NCBI GenBank assembly: GCA_000934665.2
Contig: JYFJ02005137.1
Span: 1 to 34,768, forward strand
Direction of reading: 5' to 3'
From: Catajapyx aquilonaris
Taxonomy: Eukaryota
Length of the DNA: 34,768 nt
Numbering within the stretch: the stretch's first letter is position 1; each line of letters begins with the position of its first letter. The position numbers were made by a program, and so were the translations under genes. Below the pieces are notes generated by a model. The model saw only the letters and a list, made by a program, of their open reading frames with translations. It did not search any database and was not told the origin of the DNA. Below are positions 25,259 to 34,768 of this stretch, in pieces.

Positions 25259-25568
25259 AAAATACGCAGGGTGTTTCCAGGTAATACCACGAGAGAAAAA
25301 TCAGCATCTTTTTACCGTACAAGTTACACTGGGACGGTGAGATTAAAAGTACACAAAACAGAAGAGAATATTTAAAGTCCAACACACAGGACACATTCAC
25401 ATCATGGAAACAATGTGTACAAAATATGATGGAGGTTGTTGACGCAAACACCGGGATTAATATCAGAACAATGACGCCAGAGCATACCAAAGTCACATGC
25501 ACAAAAACAAACATTTTTCTCTCGTGGTAAAATGCCCAGCACCACCCCGCATTTTCGTGCGGAACTAG
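25259..25568. mobile_element. Inverted-repeat element with possible Helitron/Helentron-like 3' end
   Basis: 17-bp perfect inverted repeat taccacgagagaaaaat (25285-25301) / atttttctctcgtggta (25513-25529), then hairpin ccgca-ttttcg-tgcgg followed by actagt. Confidence 0.45.
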
Positions 25569-25923
25569 TTTTGTTCTTCATTACTCAATGCTTTGATAAA
25601 TACACAAAATAAGTTGCTACCAAATTAGTATCATGCAACCATACAAAAGTTTAAAAAAAAACATTAACCTCTAACTGGAAAATGCACTTACACCTATGTA
25701 GTCTGTAAAAAAAAAAAACGAATAAGCTTATTAAAGAAGCCCTTATAATTTACAATTCAGCTCTTAAATAACCGGTATTGTTTGGTGAAAATTTGTTGGG
25801 TTCTTAGAAAAGCACTTTGATCCATGCCTTTTCCTCACTCCTTTGACCCTGCAGAGATCAGAAATTTGTACTTGAGCCCTTGGAACGTACCCTGCCACTT
25901 GGTGGAGAGCTTGTCATGTGGGG

Positions 25924-26147
25924 CTATTCAAGTTTTGTGTCACACAAGTTCTTTCGATGGTACTCATACAGGTGGGCACGAAGGCTGTTACGATTCTTGG
26001 TCACCTTCTGGCAGATGGGACACAGGAGGGGACCGCGGGACTTTCCGTGAAGGTTCTCAAAATGAGTTTTCAAGTTGTCCTTGCGGGTAAATTCCTTCCT
26101 GCACACGGGACAGCTGAAGCGAGACGGAAGCTGCTGGGATATGCCAC
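25924..26147 (-). CDS. Alternative terminal exon Z-a: C2H2 zinc-finger pair (BTB-ZF-type variable exon)
   Basis: Acceptor ctattccag, phase 1; CPVCRKEFTRKDNLKTHFENLH-GKSRGPLL-CPICQKVTKNRNSLRAHLYEYH; own stop. Confidence 0.85.
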
Positions 26148-27147
26148 CTGGAATAGATCAGAGTCAGGAATAGTAGCGGATTGTAATGGTTTTTATTATT
26201 GTTTTCAAGAGCTGAACAACCCCTGGCTCAACTCACCTGGGGTTTCATGAAAGAGGCTCCCTCTTTTTCGCCATTTCTTACAGCAATAATTTTTAAAATG
26301 AAGAAGTCTTAGTGGGGAGCTCATCAAGTTTTATTATCACATTAGTTTGATATATACAGTTATTGACTCTGTGCTTGTATTGCATTAACGTCATTTCCAA
26401 ATATTCAACATATCCATGAAGTGACACTATAACTCAAAGGGGCATGTGGTGTGTCTCATGTGTCCATGGGAGCTATGAACTAAGCAGATATTGCATGCAC
26501 TCCCTTCACGGATCTCAGGGGATGACAAGACATTTTAAAACGTGGTGTAAATAGAAGGGAAGACTAACAAATGGCTCAACAATATTTTGTCAAGGCAAAT
26601 TGGAAACAGTCGAAATAACACAGCACTCCTGAAACGGCAACAGTTCTTCAATCCTCACCTGCATCCACACCCAAACTAGGGGATGCTGCAGAAAGTCCTC
26701 TGAGCATAGCAAATAATTTTGCCATCAACAATCCCAAACTTTTATAACAATCATAATATTATAATCAGAGTCGTGCTTGACCCCCAATGAGAGGTAGACC
26801 GCAGACTTTTATTTACCCACGATACATATCTGGACTTTTGTATAAAGTGGCCGGGTCAGCAGGCAGGGAAGGGTGGCTGGGGGATGGGGATGCAAGTGCA
26901 ATGTCTTAAATGGCCATATTGTGAGTTCCCGGGGTGGTTAGCCTCAGGAAATCCCACCCAAGACAATGCGAGAGATGGCCCAACTCTACAAATGATGAGG
27001 AGGGTACCACAGTGCCACTCCACCTCAACGGCCTTTTAATCGATTCAGGTGTACACCAAAATCTCCCTCGCTCATCAATCATGTTTAACTATGTCAACTA
27101 TTGTGGTGTGATTGTTTCAACCTCATCCCCCACCCCGACTTTGAGCT

Positions 27148-27401
27148 TCAAGGATTCTTGTGACCCAATAGGGACCCCTTCCCTCCATGTCGTGGGGCAA
27201 CCCTTGCCACTCGCCCTGGCCTGTGAACTGCATACAAGTGATACTCCAGGGAAGCCTTGTTTTTGTACACCTTTCCGCAGGGCTGGCAGGCGAAGGGCCC
27301 GCGGTGTTCACCATGCTGGTTGCTCATGTGCCTTCGCCAGCTGGATGCCACCGTGAAGGAGATGTGGCAGTAGGGGCATAGGCGGGGCTGTCTTCGCGCG
27401 C
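27148..27401 (-). CDS. Alternative terminal exon Z-b: C2H2 zinc-finger pair
   Basis: Acceptor ttttggtatcttgcag, phase 1; CPYCHISFTVASSWRRHMSNQH-GEHRGPFA-CQPCGKVYKNKASLEYHLYAVH; own stop. Confidence 0.88.
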
Positions 27402-28344
27402 CTGCAAGATACCAAAAAGGGACCAAACCAAACCTTTCTCTTGTCGCTTGATTCCACACTATATTTTATTTTTATAATTCTTTTTAAAGAAATAGTCTGC
27501 TAACCCACCCTTACAATTTGTGCTTCTCTTTCTCTCTTTTTTGGCCTCACATTATCGGCCCAGTTGTCAGTGGAAAATCTCAGTCCGGTCTCTTGTACAG
27601 AGGATATGACAATGCATAAGCATGAAACAAGACAAATAATCGTGACAGAAAAAGCCACATTCAAAGCGTGCAAAAAGTGCTTGGAGTTTTAAAAAATCTG
27701 ACTGACACAAATATCTTCAGACAAAATATGAGTCAGCTTACTCATCTTCCTTCTCTGAAATTGCAGTTGAAGCCTAGTTACTTCTTTGCCCCTACTGCCA
27801 CATGTATCCAAAATTGTACACCTCTCTCACACAGCATGTAGACACTAACAATAGTACGTAATCCTATATCAGGCATATCATGGTAAATAATGATTCTGAA
27901 ATGAACTCTGCTAATTTCAAGACTTCAGCAGATATGCTTCCCATTGCCCTCCACCAACTTGAACTTTAACATACGCAAAAACAGCAACTTCCTTGATTAC
28001 ATAAGAGTAATAAGGTGCAAAAGACTGTTCAACAAACCAAACATTGCATGGGCTCATAACTGTCAAAAATATTGTACATTACTTTTAAGCACTTAACAAG
28101 TCTCAAAGAGGCATATAATTATTTTTACATTAACAAACTATAAATTCTTGGGAGACAAAAAAAGCACATTACATAATCTGTATAGACTGATTTATAAATT
28201 ACACCCCTCATCTGCCAGCTTCTTGCCTATCCATATCTAGCAAGAAAATAAATTCAACCATAAATGTATGAAAATGCAACATTTATATCAACATTAAATT
28301 CAGTGTCACTGAACAAATGCAATTGACTTGGATGATAGGAGAGT

Positions 28345-28586
28345 TCAATCGGCCTTGCAATTTTTGTGATGCCTGTAGTTGAGGTAAACCTGCTTATGAA
28401 CCGAGTAGTAATGAGACTGCATAGTGTGTCGATTCTTGTACACTTTGCCACAAATGTCACATACAATGGGATGGTTGTGCAAACCATGAATGTTGTTAAC
28501 GTGCCTGCGTAGGTGGCAGGCAGTCGAGTAGCTTGTTTGGCATTGACAGCAGCGGAAGCGACCTCCATCGACCTCTACTGCCCTCC
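28345..28586 (-). CDS. Alternative terminal exon Z-c: C2H2 zinc-finger pair
   Basis: Acceptor ttttggctttgcag, phase 1; CCQCQTSYSTACHLRRHVNNIH-GLHNHPIV-CDICGKVYKNRHTMQSHYYSVH; own stop. Confidence 0.88.
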
Positions 28587-30072
28587 CTGCAAAGCCAAAA
28601 GCCATTCTTTGGCAAAACACTTTCACCACCACCAAAACTCCCTTTATAACGACTACTGCAATGACACCACACACACAAAAGCCAGTGGCTGCTGCAAGCA
28701 TTGCTCATTTCTCTCACTGGTACTTCCTTCACATTCTCAAAATAAAAATTGTGAAGAATTTAAATAGCAGTGCTACAACATACTGGTGCCTATTCATTCA
28801 ATCAGCACATACAAGAGACTATTCTAGTGCACAACACTCTTTACACTCAAGGTATTGAGAAGTGACTCACATGGGTCCCAGCTGTGTAAGCAGTGTCAGC
28901 TGTCACACTGAGATACATTCCCAACCCCTCCACCTCCCCCCCACCCTTTTGGCAACCGATTACAATGAGGAAATTAGCATAAAAATAATTAATGATTATT
29001 ATTCAAGAAGCTAAGGCATGAGGCAATGATTGGTTAAGTTTCAAAAGACCTACATTTTCTTAGATTTGATGAAAAAAGCAAGTTCAGAATATTTCTTGTC
29101 ATGTGTGGATGGACAGAAAAATTGTCCTGCAGTCCAATGATAATATTGGGATCTTTGTCAATCCAAATGTGAAAACTGTGATTACGGCAATAATAATATT
29201 GATGATCCAGATAATGGGGATGGAAAAGATGGATTAGCCCTTCCTGGGCTGAAATTGCATTCCAGTCCAGAATATGCCTAATTTGGTTTGGGTCACTCCA
29301 CAGTCGAGACGTGTGTGTATAGTATATAATTATACAGATCTGGCAACTCCCCCTCTTATCGCGTGGATCTTTCGAGTCCCACCTGGCCGCTGATCGACTA
29401 AGACGAGGAGAAACACTACCCCACTGCAGCAAAAGTTATTACTATTACTAGATCAGATAATGAGAACGTGATGCGAACAGGCCCCAATGCAAAGGAACGA
29501 ACGGACCATGCCTACTAGATTTGAATTGGCGGTTTGAGAGTCTTGGTCCGCCGTGTTCTGCTACCAGATTCGCTGTGTGGCGATTGTTGGATAAAGTAAC
29601 TGAAGGAATGGGCCAAGCGCCGAAACTACAGCAAAGCGGCAACCCACCTAACTACTGATATGTCGCTCCAAGGTCACGGGGATCTGACAGGGAAACCTAT
29701 ATGAAAAAAGGGGAGTTGCAGTGGGGTGGGCCATTCTATGCTTTTCAGAAAATTTTGTTTACATCATGATGGATGACAAAGCCATCAATTTTTCTCCATG
29801 AAAATTTTGAATCGCCAACTGGGGCATAGAAAGTTTTGCGTATGTCAACATGTGTGTGGACCAATCATATATCATTTAAAAAATATAATTGACAAGACTT
29901 GATTACTATCAATAATTTTTATTTTTAAAAAAAACATTGTTCTGAGGAAGATATTATTGTTATTTCAAGTGTTTCTGACCTAGGGCTGAAGAAACCATTT
30001 TTGACCCGTCAACAGCCATAACAGTAACACAAGAATGCATAAGTACCTAGAACTTCAATGGATCCAAGAGCA

Positions 30073-30234
30073 CAGTGTTGGACATTAATCGAGGCATAGT
30101 GCTAGCGACATTTTTCAAAGCAGCATAAGAAGGAATCTTGCTCGCCCGGCTTGCACTATCCTTATCTTTGATTCCTTCTTCTGCCGCTTCAGAAAATGTT
30201 GCTAGCACTATGCCTTGATTAATGTCCAACACTG
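30073..30234. mobile_element. Tc1/mariner-type hairpin MITE
   Basis: About 65-bp near-perfect TIR starting cagtgttggacattaatc; TA on the right flank, CA on the left. Confidence 0.85.
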
Positions 30235-30372
30235 TACATTTCTCAACTTCCCCAGCCTAATATTTCGCAACAAATGAAATTGGCTTGCTTCCTTGTGAAT
30301 CACACTTGAGTCAAGAGTTTTGATGCACAGCAGAGACATGGCTGACTCGCTTACAATTGTGGTTAATTAAAA

Positions 30373-30638
30373 TCATATAATATTAAAAGCGGAGGATGAA
30401 TTCTTCTTGTGATTAGTGGCAAAGTGAACGCTTGCACTATTCCAATTCTTGTACACTTTGTCACACAACTTGCACACATATTGCCCACTGTCAGGACCAT
30501 GTATGGTGCTAATGTGTCTCCTCAAGTGGGTGTTTCTCGTGTAAATCCTGGAGCAATGAGGGCACTTAAATATGGCCCCCCTCTTCTTTCCCCTGACCAT
30601 TCGATTTCCCTCTGCCATCTCAGCCTGAGTCACATCTC
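30373..30638 (-). CDS. Alternative terminal exon Z-d: C2H2 zinc-finger pair
   Basis: Acceptor ttttggtcttgcag, phase 1; CPHCSRIYTRNTHLRRHISTIH-GPDSGQYV-CKLCDKVYKNWNSASVHFATNH; own stop. Confidence 0.88.
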
Positions 30639-31245
30639 CTGCAAGACCAAAAGTCTACTTGTCTTACTTTAAACCGCATCCAAAAGCCTTCAGCCCTAGA
30701 TTCACATGAGAAGCACAAATGCACAGAATCTCTCAACTAATGTCAGGTAATTATCTCAAAACAGCAAACTCCACCATTATTACTCTTGTGGTTCGCTATT
30801 AACGTCAGGGTATATTATTGCATATGCACGAACAGAGGCTGATGTAAGTATGCAGTTGTGATAAACCCAAAAATCTAGTGAGCCAGTGTAGTTCAAGCTG
30901 ATGTCACCATTCATACTATGACACCTAATCCAACACTTCAAATGCCAAAACTGCAGGTAATTAGCACAGAAATTTCTAATTGTTGCGCTTGGAAAATTAG
31001 AATTGTCAAGGTCTGCCTTAGCAGACACCCACTGAAAAATCCTGGGTTTGTGTCAAGAGAAAGGGAATAATCAATCCTGCATCAATAACTAATTATGCAT
31101 GAAATTGTATGCACATCTCTCTCTTTAGTAACCAGTGTATGACAGGAGGTTTGTGATGTAATGTAAAAAGGCACGTCCAGATATGTAGTGCCCCATTTTA
31201 AAGTACACGAGGCCCACTCTACTGATAAGTTGAGCCGCTGCAGCA

Positions 31246-31448
31246 TTAGTCACAGTGTGCAGCATACTTATGCGTCTCGAGGCTCCCCTGATTTTTATAT
31301 GTCTTCCAACATACATTACACACAACAGGGTGGTTGAGTTCACCATGAATGTTATTTATGTGTCGCTTCAAGTTCCCAGCATTGGAGAAAAGGCTTGTGC
31401 ATTCAGGGCATTGATAACGGGTTTCAACAGTTGACTTAGCATTTACAC
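31246..31448 (-). CDS. Alternative terminal exon Z-e: C2H2 zinc-finger pair
   Basis: Acceptor cttggtcattgcag, phase 1; CPECTSLFSNAGNLKRHINNIH-GELNHPVV-CNVCWKTYKNQGSLETHKYAAH; own stop. Confidence 0.88.
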
Positions 31449-32250
31449 CTGCAATGACCAAGAGGAAGGAAGCCAATCAGTAAGAATAAGAAAATGGATT
31501 CCTCGCAGTTGCTTCATTCAATCACATACACAAGTTGCATATTAGGAGCATCCTTATCATCACTCTTCACAATGGTTGCATAATAAATTTGTATTTTCAT
31601 TTCTATACAGTTGAAACCATTTTCCTACAGACTTGGTGCAACTATTTCAATTGGTCCTGTAAAAGAAACTCGCAAATGTACACAAATCAAAGTTTTATAG
31701 CAAAGAATCCGAGTAAATTACGGTAATCAGCTAATACTTAATATAACTGGCACTCTGCCACACAGGTAGCTGGTCTTAATTCCTCTGTTAATTTAATTAC
31801 AATTTCTAACAATTAAGTGTCCCTATTCCTGCTGAGATTCTGCTGTACATACAATATACCACTTGGGCAACCCAAACCCATCACCTACATCCCTACAAGC
31901 ATTTTAATCCAGAGAACTGATTTCAAGAAAATAATGAACAGTCACGAGCAAAATTATGCGGACAGAAAGGGTCAGGGGCTCCTACAATTTCAGTGTAAAC
32001 CAGTGACATCTCTGTCCAAATGTTATTGTGTGGGAGGAGTTCCATGAAGATTATGACGTCCCCTTTGGTATAATCACATTAGAGGAGGAGTTCATTGGTT
32101 TCACAATGAACTCACTGGAGCTCCTCACACTAGTCTGTCCACATCCTTTTGCTTGACTGTATTCTGTACAATCCATTTCAGGGTCAGGGAGTTACCTCCC
32201 TCAGCAACCAACAAAACCCACCAACCAACTACACTTTGTCAGCATACTTC

Positions 32251-32495
32251 TTACGAAGGCTCCAGAAATGTTGTGTGGTACCTCCGCTTATGAACCCTCA
32301 AACTGCTCCTGGTACTAAACAGCTTATTGCAAACAGTACACTTCCACTCGTTGTAAACTCCAGTGTGGTGGTCAAAGATGTGAGTACTCAAATTTTTCTT
32401 GTGAAAGAAAACACGATGGCAAAATGGGCACACACCAGTCTTTGATCTACCCGATTTTGTTTGGGGACCTATGTCCAAAATCGGATCAGGAAACC
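32251..32495 (-). CDS. Alternative terminal exon Z-f: C2H2 zinc-finger pair
   Basis: Acceptor cactctttcag, phase 1; CPFCHRVFFHKKNLSTHIFDHH-TGVYNEWK-CTVCNKLFSTRSSLRVHKRRYH; own stop. Confidence 0.87.
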
Positions 32496-33388
32496 CTGAA
32501 AGAGTGGAAGTGGGGCATCAGAACTTGCCTATCTCTTACCACCAGAAGCCACACCAAAATAATGCATGCTCTCATCCCAGCTACTGAATTGAATTCATAC
32601 AAAAAGTAGGTCTGAAAACTGCCCCCGTGCTAAAAATAGTGCTGCTCTTGTAAGGGCTCTACAGAGACCAGTAACCATTCAAGGCTTTGAGGTGGTTTAT
32701 GCAAGTCATATTATAGGAACTTGAGCTGCTGCTGCTGCTGCTGCTGCATGATTTCACTGCACCTATTGCCAGCTAGCCCCTTGCAGTCAGTCAATAATGT
32801 ACCCCGCCATCATTTGCTACCATCTAATAAACTGCATACTTTAAGTGAGGGGTCAATGAGTAAAAAGTACACCTGCTTTTACAGCCTGTCACAATGAATG
32901 CACCATCACATGTGAAATAATATTAGCACCCCTTCAAAATAAGTTTAAAATTCCCTACTGTTTTTATAATCAGGAAGGACAAAACTATCTTTGGTTCAAA
33001 AATATTGCAACGATACATTCCAAGTACCCACTACGATAATGGATAACAACAAATTTTCACTGTAGGATACATTACCAGCCATCAGGCATGTATTTACCAT
33101 TTTTTTCTTCTTCTGGGTACACCCATTCCCACCATGTACTGCTATACCATATAAAAGTCACCAAAAAATACTTTTTTTGCTTTATACATGCTAAGTATGT
33201 AGGAAGCATAGTGGACTGCACATCTCTCTTCACTGCCACAAAGCTGAACCGACTTTCACACAAGATATAAAAGCTCATTTTCCAATGCAAAGGAATTACA
33301 ATTTGTACCAGAACACCCTCAACACAGCAATGCAAAAAAAAGTGATTACACACAAAAAGTCAGTCATTCACAGGAAAGCAGAAGTACT

Positions 33389-33621
33389 TCAGAGTAGATC
33401 AACCAATTTCATCCCGTGACACTTCATCCCATGTACTCGCAGAACACTCTTGTTCTTGTACCTACGCTTGCACACTTGACACCTCCACACGTTCTGCATG
33501 CCTGAGTGCTGATCCGCCATGTGAACCCTAAGATTGCCTACGTTTGAGAATGCCCTGTGGCAGTAAGGGCATTTGACTTTTTCAGAGATGGAGGAGATGC
33601 CTTCTGGCAGCAAGCAAAGCC
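33389..33621 (-). CDS. Alternative terminal exon Z-g: C2H2 zinc-finger pair
   Basis: Acceptor ttttgctcttgcag, phase 1; CPYCHRAFSNVGNLRVHMADQH-SGMQNVWR-CQVCKRRYKNKSVLRVHGMKCH; own stop. Confidence 0.88.
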
Positions 33622-34317
33622 CTGCAAGAGCAAAAATTTTACTCGGGGATGCTGCACTGCACTTCTTCTTTACAACTTTTGTCATGCACCTGGTCTAATT
33701 TTTCTCTGTCCAGAACATGTCATGCATCAAGTTAAAGCCACGTCCACACATTCTCACTCAAACTCCCTCTACGGCAACTTGTTTCCTTGGCTCTATTAAC
33801 ACACTAGCTTAAGAGGTCCTGTCAAAGTGTCACGGAAAGATCCATCACAGCAGTCACATCCCAACTATCACGTAACATACAAATACACTGTATTGACAAT
33901 AATTCACTTAGCATGGGAATATTCCAATTTCTGATGCCATGCATCATTCATGCAAAATCTTCCTTGACAAAGAGTAAATGGAATTTCAATACATTTACGG
34001 ACAGAAAAGGGACATTGTGGGCTCAAATTGCTCAGGAATTGCTTTAGGGACAGCAGCCAACTGCAATACTTTTCCCACCAAAAATTGTTTCTTCGCTGTG
34101 GTGCTACCAGACTGAACAGACTTCCATTAGATGATTAATAGTGGAAATGGCAATCCAACTATGTTTCAAGAGAAACTCAAATGATGGGTTGTCCCTTCTA
34201 TTCGGATATTGCAAAATCTGTATTTGTAATCTCCGGTTTTCAATTTTCCCCCAATTACATCACAAATGGAGCTGCTATAAATATTTTTTCATATTCATTC
34301 TTAAAGCAATGGTAGTA

Positions 34318-34684
34318 CTGTATGATTTATTCAACTCCGGACCCACGTCACCAAGCCCCCCTTCTCATCCCCGTCCATCCTTCCATGGACTGTACTAGTT
34401 ACCAACCTAACCTCACACATGTGGTCACCGCTGTCACCATTAATGCAATATACAGTCAACGCTGTTCCTTCCTGTCCATGACAAGGGAATACGCAGGGTG
34501 TCAATAAACACTCGCATTAATCATTTATATCACAAATGTATGCCATATGATTTAATTACAACGTTGTTTGTGATACCACATGTGTGAGATTAGGTTGGTA
34601 ACAAGTACAGTCCATGGAGGGGTGGACGGGTGGAGGAGAAGGGGGGCTTGGTGACGTGGGTCAGGAGTTGAATAAGTCAGACAG
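34318..34684. mobile_element. MITE with long (about 110-bp) terminal inverted repeats and TA TSD
   Basis: TA-ctgtatgatttattcaactccggacccacgtcaccaagcccccc...cacacatgtgg pairs with ccacatgtgtg...ggggggcttggtgacgtgggtcaggagttgaataagtcagacag-TA. Confidence 0.88.
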
Positions 34685-34768
34685 TATTTACACAGGATAT
34701 TTACAGTTGCATATTGTTCACACAATCAGATAATGTTGGGTAATTCCACCGTACCAGACTTTTACATT

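Noticed and set aside
32725..32747. (GCT)7 repeat
   Set aside because: Short intronic microsatellite, not part of any supported exon.
25924..33621. A single polydactyl C2H2 gene, or seven independent small genes
   Set aside because: Each exon has its own stop. Most ORF-track starts are GTG/TTG or lie in the intronic polypyrimidine tract, whereas all seven share a phase-1 acceptor.
25924..33621. Naming the locus broad, lola or fruitless
   Set aside because: The BTB/common region is not in the window and the fingers do not match the canonical isoforms I recall.
1..34768. CRISPR arrays, rRNA, true tRNA genes, prokaryotic operons
   Set aside because: None seen. The DNA is spliceosomal-intron eukaryotic, and the only Pol III boxes belong to the SINE.

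Overview
Gene-dense eukaryotic DNA, almost certainly arthropod and probably insect: many 60-90 nt GT-AG introns, a MADF gene and Broad-type zinc fingers. Left to right it holds: an STMND1-like stathmin-domain gene (+, 6 exons); a syntaxin-7/12 gene (-) with two alternative C-terminal transmembrane exons; a MADF/BESS-like transcription factor (+); AFG3L2 m-AAA protease (-, 10 exons) head-to-head with TCF25/Nulp1 (+, 3 exons). From about 25.9 to 33.6 kb on the - strand lies a tandem array of seven separate terminal exons. Each starts at a phase-1 splice acceptor, encodes one pair of C2H2 zinc fingers with identical spacing but different recognition helices, and ends in its own stop. This is the variable region of a broad/lola/ttk/fru-type (probably BTB-ZF) multi-isoform locus whose common exons lie outside the window. 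Introns and spacers carry a tRNA-derived SINE and several MITEs. Exon boundaries were worked out by hand from splice signals and frame continuity; family names come from recalled motifs, not database searches.
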